64,000 bases of DNA, taken from NCBI GenBank assembly GCA_041483895.1, contig JBGPGO010000001.1:1-64000 (forward strand), in the 5' to 3' direction. The position numbers and the translations under genes are program-made. Positions within the stretch are counted from its first letter, which is position 1; each line of letters opens with the position of its first letter. Positions 36,391 to 45,831 of this stretch are shown in pieces. This DNA comes from Fimbriimonadia bacterium (GTDB taxonomy: Bacteria; Armatimonadota; Fimbriimonadia; Fimbriimonadales; JABRVX01). The notes under the pieces are model-generated. The model saw only the letters and a program-made list of their open reading frames with translations, was not told the DNA's origin and did no database searches.

Positions 36391-39009
36391 CTACTTCTCG
36401 TAGAGGGCAACCAACCTCACGCCGCCTGCCGGGACCGTCAGCGCGACGGCTCCGCCCGACGGTACGGGCGCGTCGCCCGTCGTCCACTCCTCGCAACGGC
36501 TGATGCGAAATGCCGGCCGGATTGTTGCGGCAACGCTCTCCCGATGATCGGTCTGCAGCATGCCGTGCTGAGGCTTAAAGACCCCGCGGTTGTTCAGGAT
36601 GGCAACGAGCCAACCGCCGTCCGCCAAATGGTTCAATGTCCATTCGACGTCTCCGTCTACGTGTATCGGCACAATCCCCGCCGCAAGATGCCTCATCAAC
36701 AGGCTAAGGATGGGCACGGGCCGCTCGTCGATGCCGAGCCCCAGCGGCACGCCCACACGAATGATCTGGCCCTTGCCGCGCTTTTCGAGAGAGGCAACCT
36801 GTTGTCCATCAACCGTGGCTAGTGGGGTTCCGCCCTTTAGGACGACGAATCGGAAGCGGTTCGATGAGACGGCCGCGCCGGTCATCTCCCAGCGAAACTC
36901 GCTGGCAAGCCCCAAGGACTTTCCCGCTATGCCGAACTGCCCTCCTGATTGGCCGGCGCATACGACGACAGTGCCGCCTCCAGCAACGTAGGCATCCAGC
37001 GCGCGCTCCCATTCCTTGTTCAGCGGCACCTCGCCGGCGAGGACCACGGCGCGGTAATTCGACAGCACGTCCGTACGCCCTTTCGCGGTGACAATGACGT
37101 CGAAGATGTCGCCGAAAATGCCGTTGACATAGGTCTGGCGGACACCGCTCGATGGTTCATTCTGCGTCTCTGGAGCGGGGAAATAGGCGATGTCGAACCA
37201 GCCGCGGATGGACGCCTCGTGCGGACCGGGTGCAAGCACCGCCGGGTTCAGTTTAGGGTCGAGCCCAAACCCGCCCGGCTGCATCCGCTCCTGGCTCCAA
37301 CCATGTGCCTGATCGAGCAGGAATGCGATCGGCGCGTACTGTTCTCCACGGGGATGTTCACGTGCAAGGCGGATCGCCGCCTCTGCCACCTTACCCTTGG
37401 GTGATAGCTGCACCGGGAAGCCATCGCCAGCCACGCCGCCGCCTGGCTTCCAAAAAAGGTCCACTCCTTGCTCGTTGTAGAACGCGTCCGCACCCGCAAG
37501 CCACCAAAGCACGTAGTCTTTGTACAGCCAGTTCATTCCTGCACCTGCCCAAACGTCGTACTGGTTGTCCAGCACGTAGCGGGACGATCCGGGGTAGAAG
37601 TACGATTCACGGGAGAACATGCTCGCGGAGTCACCTAAATTACACGACTGGTAATCCACGATTCTCGCGCCGAACTGCCGAGCGGCCCCGCGTAGGAAGG
37701 CCAGCCTGCGCGCGAGTGAGGGCGAGTTGCCGGTGTTCTCATGACCGATACGCTTCGTGCCCCAATCGCACAGAGAATGCACGTATGTCTCCGCATTCGC
37801 AGAGAGGCAGGAAACGACTTCGCTCCAGGGGTTCGCGTCGTCCTCGCCGAAAACGTCCCTGAACTTCGCGAACGTCGCCTTAGCGTTCTCCACTTGCAGG
37901 ACATCCAGCACGTCTTGACGGGTCTTCGCCTCTTTCACCTTCTTCTCCACGGCTTTCTCGTCGACCGCGGCATAAGCTATGTTCTCACCGGCAATGAATC
38001 CCGCGAAGCGGTTTGCGTACCGTAGCAGGTTTTGATGAACCGCTTTGCGGTCAGCGTCTTTCGGCCAGTTTGGCTCGCCGTAGTTGAGCAGGATCGCGAA
38101 TCGGGCGTCCGGATGCCCGTCCAGCCAGGCGAGGAAAGAGGAGCCGGCGCTGAAGGCTGATGGGTACAACGGGATGTGCACGACCGGCCCACTGAGCGGA
38201 TCGCTGTAGATTGGCGGGTTCTTACCGGCAAACGCCGCTCGAAAGTCGGCAAGGAGGGGTGGATCCACGGCATATGGCGACTCGATGTGCCCCGGATTCG
38301 TAAGTTCATCAAGCCACTGTGCTCCAACGTTCCACAGAAACGCGGGCTTCGGAGGCTCTCTGGTCGGCCGCAACTCCTGCGTGAGGAGCGATTCCACCAC
38401 GGCGGGCTTGCTGCGCAGTACCGCCCACGCCGGGCAGTCCGGCTTTTCCCTTCCGTTTGGGTGATAGGTGGGGTCCGTCGTAAAGCAAAGGCAGTCAACG
38501 TGGCGCCGCGCGCCTGTCGGGCCGGTGGTCTCAATACGCACATCGGCAGGACCCTCCTTCAAGTCCACTTTAGCTGACGCCCAACCGAATGCCCAATCCC
38601 ACATCAGCTTGTGCTGGTCCATCTCATCGACGACCGGCTTCTCGCCGAACACGATTCGCCGGCTACTCCCTTCTTGGCTGACGGCGATTACGAATTCCTC
38701 GCGTTTTGCGCGATAGTCGGCGTATCGGACCCACAGCGTGTATTGCCCCGCAATGGGTACTTCGATGCGGCGCTCCACAGACACTCCGGCCGGCTCGTCC
38801 GCGCGCGCGGCGATGGACATGAACTCACTCTCCCCGCCCTGGGTCCAGGCAGGCGCCGCATCCGGTCCGGCAAGCGCCCAAGAGCCCCTTGTCTGAGTGC
38901 TTTCGGGGAGAATTGAGAAATTGGAGCCTTCGAGAGGCCCGAACCACTCCGCCTCAAGCCAGATCGACTCTGGCGAGACTGCGAGAAGGGCGATCAGCGT
39001 GGCAAGCAT
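36391..39009 (-). CDS. Secreted hypothetical protein, probable glycoside hydrolase
   Basis: Signal peptide, N-terminal CBM-like region (WLEAE...YTLWVRY), C-terminal GATase-like trimerisation-type motif (YRAVVLAG...AYVAGGGTVV). Confidence 0.7.
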   Translation of the reverse strand: MLATLIALLAVSPESIWLEAEWFGPLEGSNFSILPESTQTRGSWALAGPDAAPAWTQGGESEFMSIAARADEPAGVSVERRIEVPIAGQYTLWVRYADYRAKREEFVIAVSQEGSSRRIVFGEKPVVDEMDQHKLMWDWAFGWASAKVDLKEGPADVRIETTGPTGARRHVDCLCFTTDPTYHPNGREKPDCPAWAVLRSKPAVVESLLTQELRPTREPPKPAFLWNVGAQWLDELTNPGHIESPYAVDPPLLADFRAAFAGKNPPIYSDPLSGPVVHIPLYPSAFSAGSSFLAWLDGHPDARFAILLNYGEPNWPKDADRKAVHQNLLRYANRFAGFIAGENIAYAAVDEKAVEKKVKEAKTRQDVLDVLQVENAKATFAKFRDVFGEDDANPWSEVVSCLSANAETYVHSLCDWGTKRIGHENTGNSPSLARRLAFLRGAARQFGARIVDYQSCNLGDSASMFSRESYFYPGSSRYVLDNQYDVWAGAGMNWLYKDYVLWWLAGADAFYNEQGVDLFWKPGGGVAGDGFPVQLSPKGKVAEAAIRLAREHPRGEQYAPIAFLLDQAHGWSQERMQPGGFGLDPKLNPAVLAPGPHEASIRGWFDIAYFPAPETQNEPSSGVRQTYVNGIFGDIFDVIVTAKGRTDVLSNYRAVVLAGEVPLNKEWERALDAYVAGGGTVVVCAGQSGGQFGIAGKSLGLASEFRWEMTGAAVSSNRFRFVVLKGGTPLATVDGQQVASLEKRGKGQIIRVGVPLGLGIDERPVPILSLLMRHLAAGIVPIHVDGDVEWTLNHLADGGWLVAILNNRGVFKPQHGMLQTDHRESVAATIRPAFRISRCEEWTTGDAPVPSGGAVALTVPAGGVRLVALYEK

Positions 39010-39090
39010 GCCTTTACGATTCGGCTGGGGCTCTGCACCCCCTGCTCCGCGCGCTCCGTGACAGTCGGAAACACGGACCGGATTCCGACA

Positions 39091-40002
39091 TTATGCCATG
39101 TGAACTTCCACGTCATCAGCAACATTTCCGAGGATAGTGTACGTTCCGCGAACAGTTTGCAAGAGCGATCCCGGCACGAGCGTATTGACGGGTCCATGGG
39201 CGCAAAGGCGGGCGATGAACCGCTGCCACGACACACCGCCGCCGAGGTCACCGTCCAGCCAAAAGCTTCGATCTTTTGCCGAGACGATTTCCTTGGGACC
39301 GATGGTGTTTGCCCGTGGCGGCACCATGCTCCAGTCGCCGCCGAAGGAATGAAGCGCGTTCTGCATGATCGTCATGGGGGTGAGCTCCACGCACCGCGGC
39401 CCGGCTCTCTTGTATGAAGCAAGGTCTTCACCGAACTCAAACCCTAGGTCGGCTTCCCAAAAGGCGATGTGGCCACACCAGCCAATTCCGCCGTAGCAGA
39501 CGTCCGCGCCCCCTGCATCTTCGATCATCTTTCCGTAGTCCGTGATGACTTCTGTTGTCGGAAAGTGTATGTTTTCCGGCGTTGGGCGCAAAGAGGGGTC
39601 GATCTTCAGAAAAAACTGCTCCATCATCGTCTTTTGGAACGAGCCCGGCCAGTCGATTGGGGCCGTATTTCCGTCTTGATCGGCATATTCGTCCATGTTG
39701 AACGTCACGAGATTCCGGCAAGAGATGCGAAGCGAATTGATCATTTGGACCGCGATCTTATACTGGGGCATCGGTCCGACCGGAAGGATCATCACGATCT
39801 TGCCGCCGTCCGCCTCCTGAATTCGCCGAACAATATCGGTCGCAAACGCTGCATAGAATGTCATCGCGTCCGGTATCGTCTGGATTCGAAACTCGGGGTT
39901 GGCGTGTTTCGTGATGTCCTCTTTCTTGATCGCCCGAACCCGCGCACACGCCTCTTTGTCACGAAACGCGATGAACTTGGCTAGGTCGTACTTAAAACCC
40001 AT
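39091..40002 (-). CDS. Glucosamine-6-phosphate isomerase/deaminase (NagB-like) family protein
   Basis: ILPVGP, FNMDEY and GGIGWCGHIAF motifs; AAGGAGG RBS. Confidence 0.85.
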   Translation of the reverse strand: MGFKYDLAKFIAFRDKEACARVRAIKKEDITKHANPEFRIQTIPDAMTFYAAFATDIVRRIQEADGGKIVMILPVGPMPQYKIAVQMINSLRISCRNLVTFNMDEYADQDGNTAPIDWPGSFQKTMMEQFFLKIDPSLRPTPENIHFPTTEVITDYGKMIEDAGGADVCYGGIGWCGHIAFWEADLGFEFGEDLASYKRAGPRCVELTPMTIMQNALHSFGGDWSMVPPRANTIGPKEIVSAKDRSFWLDGDLGGGVSWQRFIARLCAHGPVNTLVPGSLLQTVRGTYTILGNVADDVEVHMA

Positions 40003-40025
40003 CAGTGGTCCTCCTTATCGCAACA

Positions 40026-40739
40026 TCATGGGAGCAGGCGCCCCGCGGAAATTCGTGGCCATACGTCTGCACGGACAAATCCTTCCGCATACTGAGCCCC
40101 GCAGGCTAAGCCCCGAAATCTTCCCATAACCTCGATGAAATCTACGATGTCTATTCCGTTATAGTCCGTCAGCCATTCAAGCTGGCTCTTGTGGCATCCA
40201 AGCATACTTCGCTTTGTGTCTATGGTCTCGGTGATGTCCACATACTCGGTCGGCTGGCACCCTACGCCTGCCAGCGTGTCCATGTAGTAGAGCGCTGGGA
40301 TTTTGGCGTGTTCGGCAGTTGCCGTTTCCACGTTGGGGATTGCCGAAATAAACGTCGCAGCGAAGACGAGCTCGCTCACCGTACGGTGATCTTGATGATA
40401 ATCCTGCGGATGATGGGTGATGACGACGTCCGGTCGCGACTGCCTGATCATTTCGATGAAGCGCATCCGGGTTTCATGGCCTGGATAGATGAATTCGTCC
40501 TCGAAGTCAAGCCAGATCAGTTCCGCCCCCAGGATCGCCGCGGATTCTCCCGCCTCACGCTTTCTGATTTTTGCAAGCTCGGTGGGCTTAATCTGCTTGT
40601 GCCCCATGTTTCCGTTTGTGGCGACGCACATAATGACCGTGTCGCCGCGGGCCTTGCACCGCGCAAGGGTTCCCGAACACAGGATTTCAATGTCGTCGGG
40701 ATGAGCCCCGACGGCCAAAACGCGCAGTGGGCCGGCCAT
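40026..40739 (-). CDS. PIG-L/LmbE family N-acetyl-sugar deacetylase
   Basis: GAHPDDIE, DYHQDH, HKSQ and YAEGF motifs. Confidence 0.92.
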   Translation of the reverse strand: MAGPLRVLAVGAHPDDIEILCSGTLARCKARGDTVIMCVATNGNMGHKQIKPTELAKIRKREAGESAAILGAELIWLDFEDEFIYPGHETRMRFIEMIRQSRPDVVITHHPQDYHQDHRTVSELVFAATFISAIPNVETATAEHAKIPALYYMDTLAGVGCQPTEYVDITETIDTKRSMLGCHKSQLEWLTDYNGIDIVDFIEVMGRFRGLACGAQYAEGFVRADVWPRISAGRLLP

Positions 40740-42586
40740 TACGTCTCGCCTTCCGGTGGCGCAGCCGTGTCATCCAGCACCTTCCACCCCCGCCGATTAA
40801 GGTCCCAGTAGACGATGCCTGCCGCCACCGCCCCAATCCCGAGATAGACAAAACCGACCACCAAATATCCGAAGATCAGTTTTCCGACTCCGAACAACGC
40901 CATGTACACCATGACACAACCCATGAACCAATCGAGGAGATTCGCCAGCCCGTCGTGCGTGGGTTTGACATCCGTCGCCTCTTTGGCGATGGGTCCCCAA
41001 AACGCCGCGCTCGGACGCACGCGGCGATAGAACGCGAGTAGCACTTCGCGATCTTCCGGCGCGGTCAGGAAGGTCGCGGCGAGCCATATAAGCGTGGAAC
41101 AGCCAACGGTGATGAGCACCGTATAGGCAAATCGAACGGGGTCATCTGATTTAGCGAAGACGTATATGTGGCGAAAGACGTAGAACTCCAAGATCAACGA
41201 GACGATCAGCGACGCGCTCATAGCGGCGATCTCGCTCCAGGCGTTGATGCGCCACCAGAACCATCGAAGAATGAAAACGCTGCCGGTGCCCGCGCCGATT
41301 GCCATAAGGAACTTCCAGGCGTCCGCGATGTTCGTCTGATAGTACGTCGCGATGCACGAGAGCACCATAAGAAATAGCGTTATCACCTGCGAGACCCGAA
41401 CGTAGTGCCTGTCGGTCGCCTCACGGACCATGAATCTTCGGTACAGATCGTTGACCAGATAGGATGCTCCCCAGTTGAGCTGCGTGGCGATCGTCGACAT
41501 GTAGGCCGCCGCGAAGGCCGCGATCATCAACCCGCGAAGAGCAACCGGAAATACGTGCGGATCGACCACCGTCATCACGAAACCTGATTCTTTATCCACA
41601 AGGGCAGGATAGAGGACGACGGAGGCGAGGGCGGTCAGGATCCACGGCCAAGGGCGGACCGCATAGTGCGCTATGCTGAACCACAGCGTGGCGAGCAGTG
41701 AGTTCTTCTCATCTTTGGCCGAGAACATGCGCTGGGCGACGAATCCTCCGCCCCCCGGTTCTGCGCCCGGATACCAAGTCGCCCACCACGTGACGGCGAT
41801 GTACACAAAGAATGTGATCATGGGCATCCATGCCGAGCCGATATCAGGGACAAACGACAGAATGGAGCCGTGGCCCTTAGCGGCGTCGACGGCGACGAGT
41901 TTGGTCTTCAGCTCAGCAATTCCACCCACCGCATGGACGGCATAATAGGCCAATACGATCACCATGCCCATCTTCAGCACGAACTGGAAGACGTCGGTGA
42001 CAATCACACCGTACAGGCCGGATAGCGCGGAGATGGAAGCCGTAATGAGCATGATCCCGAACACGATAGTGAGCGCAGCCAGCTTCGGATCGAAGATGTG
42101 TAGGAAAGGTATTGCCATATCGGGAAAGATCACCATGAGGATCTTCACCATGGCCAGATTCACCCAGCCCATCACAATCAGGTTGACGGGCAAGCCGAGG
42201 TAGACGGCGCGGAAGCCGCGCAGAAAGGCGGCCGGTTTGCCGCTATAACGTATTTCCGCAAACTCCACATCCGTCAGCACGCCCGCGCGACGCCACAGCC
42301 GAGCGAAAAAGAAGACCGTCAGCATGGCGCTGAGCAGCATGTTCCACCAAAGCCAGTTGCCTGCGATGCCGTAGAGAGCGACCAGGCCCGTCACGGCGAG
42401 CGGGGTGTCGGCGGCAAAGGTGGTTGCCACCATGCTGGTCCCGGCCATCCACCACGACATGTTTCTGCCGCTGACGAAATAATCTTGCGTCGACCTTGTG
42501 GCACGCTTTCGATAGTAGAGCCCTACGCCGAGGTTGAAGGCGAAGTATGCCGCGACGACGAGCCAATCAAGGGTAGTTAGCTTCAT
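40739..42586 (-). CDS. Sodium:solute symporter family protein
   Basis: DYFVSGR, SMVATTFAADTP, QRMFSAK and AAYMST; many TM helices. Confidence 0.93.
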   Translation of the reverse strand: MKLTTLDWLVVAAYFAFNLGVGLYYRKRATRSTQDYFVSGRNMSWWMAGTSMVATTFAADTPLAVTGLVALYGIAGNWLWWNMLLSAMLTVFFFARLWRRAGVLTDVEFAEIRYSGKPAAFLRGFRAVYLGLPVNLIVMGWVNLAMVKILMVIFPDMAIPFLHIFDPKLAALTIVFGIMLITASISALSGLYGVIVTDVFQFVLKMGMVIVLAYYAVHAVGGIAELKTKLVAVDAAKGHGSILSFVPDIGSAWMPMITFFVYIAVTWWATWYPGAEPGGGGFVAQRMFSAKDEKNSLLATLWFSIAHYAVRPWPWILTALASVVLYPALVDKESGFVMTVVDPHVFPVALRGLMIAAFAAAYMSTIATQLNWGASYLVNDLYRRFMVREATDRHYVRVSQVITLFLMVLSCIATYYQTNIADAWKFLMAIGAGTGSVFILRWFWWRINAWSEIAAMSASLIVSLILEFYVFRHIYVFAKSDDPVRFAYTVLITVGCSTLIWLAATFLTAPEDREVLLAFYRRVRPSAAFWGPIAKEATDVKPTHDGLANLLDWFMGCVMVYMALFGVGKLIFGYLVVGFVYLGIGAVAAGIVYWDLNRRGWKVLDDTAAPPEGET

Positions 42587-42610
42587 GATTCACTGTTGGC
42601 TACGGGCCGG

Positions 42611-42733
42611 TTAGGCCGCCAAGGGCTGTTTCGCCGTCAACTTTCTCTGATCCTTTATCGCGTAGCTTTTCGGGTTGGCTGCCGGCTTTGTGACGACTTC
42701 GGCCAGAGGGTTGAGCGCGGCAACAGAGGTCAT
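42611..42733 (-). CDS. Possible 40-aa small ORF upstream of the symporter
   Basis: MTSVAALNPLAEVVTKPAANPKSYAIKDQRKLTAKQPLAA*, with GAGG upstream. Confidence 0.3.
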   Translation of the reverse strand: MTSVAALNPLAEVVTKPAANPKSYAIKDQRKLTAKQPLAA

Positions 42734-42856
42734 GAGCGCAATATCCTCAGTCCGCCTTCACGATCAACCCGCCGACCAGTGGTACACTATCCCTCCGCGT
42801 AATTCTTAAGCCTGTGGCTGTCTCTGACTGCGGCAGCTGAACCCTGCGATCAAACC

Positions 42857-45475
42857 ATGAATCGAACTCTACGACAATTGCGGGGTTGGAAGTTAATGAA
42901 GCTGATGGCCGTGATCGGCGTCTTTTTCCTCGGAATCTGTATGGGGCAGGCCAACCAATCGTCGACAAAACAGACATTGAGTTTGGACGGTGCCTGGCGA
43001 ATCACGCGCCTGCCTTTGGAAGCCGAGGGGCCCGCTGGTCTCGAACAATTCAGGCATGGCGACGCCAAGACGATCGACTCTGCCGTTCCCGGCGAAATCC
43101 ACCTTGACCTGATGCGAGCGGGTGAGATGCAGGATCCGTCCGTCGGCACAAATTCGCGAAAAGATCGGTGGCCCGAGCGGTTTTCCTGGTGGTACCACAG
43201 AACCTTCACTCCGCCTGCCGGGTTCACTAACCAAGACCGTCAGGAACTCGTCTTTGGGAGCCTCAGCTACTACGCGCAAATCTTTCTCAATGGCAAATTG
43301 GTGGGTTCAAACAAGAACAGCCTCGTCCCGTATCGCATCGATGTCACCACATTGCTCAAACCTGGGGAGAACGATCTGGTTGTGCGCCTCACGAGCGGTT
43401 ATGAGTTCATAAATGAGGTCGATCAGGATTTCAGCAAAGAGGGTCTCTATAAGAACCGCGAGAACTTTCCGGCACGCGAAAATCTGCGAAGTCCGGCGTA
43501 CATGTCGGGCTGGGATTGGTGCGACACGCTGCCAAACATCGGCCTTGGGCGAAGTGTGCGCTTGGTTGGGCGCAGCCGGGCGGCGCTCGGCCAAGTGAGG
43601 CTCGACACCGTGATGGTCGGGGCCAAAGTGTCGCTCAAAGGCGAGGTTGCGATAGAGAACCTGAGAGCTTGGTCAAGAACCGCTTGCACCCTCAAGCTGC
43701 AATTGGATCGACCGAACGGTCGGCCAATCACGCTGAAGCGGGAGCTTGCACTGCTGACCGGCTCGAACCGTGTGCCGTGCTAGATCGACGTTCCCAATCC
43801 CAAACTATGGTGGCCCAACGGAATGGGGGCGCAATCGCTCTACAAACTGACCGCGACGGTTGCGACAGGCGGCGTGGTGACCGACTCAGTCACCCAAACG
43901 ATCGGCCTCAGAACCATCAAATTCGATCAAAGTCCGCGAAAGGTTGGGTCCAACTTTCGGTTCATCGTGAACGGGAGGGAGATGTTCGCAAAGGGCGGCA
44001 ACTGGGCCCCGGCCGACCAAATTCCGGCTCGGATGACGAAAGCACGGTATGAACACTTCATCCATGCCGCAAAGGATGCGCACTTCAACATGCTGCGGGT
44101 GAACGGTGTGGGCTACTACGAAGATGATGCGTTCTACGAGGCCTGCGACAGGGCCGGAATCCTGCTTTGGCAAGAATTCGCTTATTCGTGCTCGAAGTAT
44201 AACGACTTGTCGGCTGATTTCATGCTCGGCGCGCGCCGCGAAGCGGAGGAGGCCGTCAGCCGCATCGCTCACCATCCGAGTCTTGCTTTATGGTGCGGCT
44301 GCAACGAGTGCCTATGGATGTACGGCGGCGAAAAGAACCCGGCTCCGTCGGAAGCGATCGGGCTGCGAATCTACTACGATCTTCTCCCCTCGGTTCTGCG
44401 CGCCCTGGATCCCGGGCGTCCGTATATTCCCGGAAGCCCCTGCGGCGGTTCGGATGAGATCAACAGCCAGATCGGAGGCGATGTGCACTGGTGGTACCAG
44501 GTTTTCATGAGCAACGACCCGGCGAAGAAGATGGACCCGGCGCTCCTGGATACTTGCACGGGCCGATTCGTGAGCGAATACGGCATCATCGGTCCGCCAC
44601 CGCTCGCTTCGATGAAGGAGTATCTCGCGCCCGATGAGTTGAGCCCAGCCAGCCTTGCCTGGCGGATCCATACCAACAGTTACGAAGGGGATCACACCGG
44701 TTTTACGGAGTCCGCGCTGCGTCATCACTTCTTCGGCGATGGGCCGCTTTCGGTGGGGGACTTCGTTCTCTACGGCGGCCTGTATCAGGCGATGATGCAG
44801 GAAGCGATGATGGAAGCGGGACGATTCCGCAAGCACGATACCGAGTCGCCTTGCGACGGTTCGCTCATGTGGTCGTACAACGACTGTTGGGGCGAGATCG
44901 GATGGTCGATCATCGATCATTACGGGCGTCCGAAGCCCAGTTACTACGCGGTCAAACGCGCATGCGCACCGGTCAAAGTGATCGTTCGTTCTAGGAATGG
45001 GATGCTTGTGACGCGTGTCGTCAACGACACTTTGCAATCGCGAAGGGTGGAGGTGACCTATGGATGGTTTCGTACCACTGGAATAGGTCGCGACATCCAG
45101 ACCAAGAAGATCACAATCGTGGCTAACTCGATGGTTGAAATCTCCCGCGCAACTCTGGCCGACGCAAAGCATGATCCCAAAGACTGGATATATGCGGCGA
45201 CCATGACCGGACCCGGTATCGCCGATGACCACTCCATTTGGAAGCTCGTCCCGTATCGAGAATTACATCGCACGAAGAAGCCCATAAAGGTCGTTCGCAA
45301 AGGAAATGAACTGATCGTGACGTGCGATGCCTTTGCCATCGGGGTTCACCTTCCTGAAAGTGACGGCGCTCAGCTTTCGGATGATTACTTCGACCTTGTT
45401 CCCGGCGTGCCGCACCGGCTGCGAATCGTCCAGCCGTCTCGCAACGGCCAATACAACCTGATTGCGAGCTTGTAG
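42857..45475 (+). pseudogene. GH2 beta-mannosidase-like gene interrupted by one in-frame TAG (43781-43783)
   Basis: The two track ORFs are in frame; read-through gives VPC*IDVPNPKLWWPNGMG. GWDW, KGGNW.P, WCGCNE and FVSEYG motifs are present. Confidence 0.85.
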
Positions 45476-45831
45476 GTGCGGGCCGATTCAATCTCGATGA
45501 AGTTGGACGCGGTGGCGCACAGCCACGACGCCAACAACGATCGAATTCGGATTGCCGATTTTGACAGGTTGTCTACGGAGAGGCAACCGCTGTCGAGGGC
45601 GGCGAGACGAGCGCCGGTCTATGGTGATCGGTAACATCCTTGTGCAGCGCTGCAATACCTGCGATTCGAAAAAGGGGCGGCCGCGAAATGCGTAGGGCAA
45701 TGCGGTCCTCGAAGGGAGGCCTTGCAAACCAGGTTTCACTTTCTCGCCGTCGGCCAGATTGGGTTTTCAGGTAAAAACCCACCGGTAGTTCTAGATGTTC
45801 ACAAGGGCTCTCTGCTAGAATCCGGTCGGCG

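Noticed and set aside
42600..42800. tmRNA fragment suggested by the LAA-stop frame
   Set aside because: No tRNA-like domain (GGGG 5' end, T-arm, CCA) is nearby.
43781..43783. Pyrrolysine codon or genome-wide TAG recoding
   Set aside because: TAG serves as a normal stop for many genes here (e.g. glnA, sod, rhaT), the position is non-catalytic, and no pyl genes are seen.
45476..45830. Possible gene remnant or ncRNA between the GH2 and GH20 genes
   Set aside because: No recognisable motif, repeat or convincing structure.
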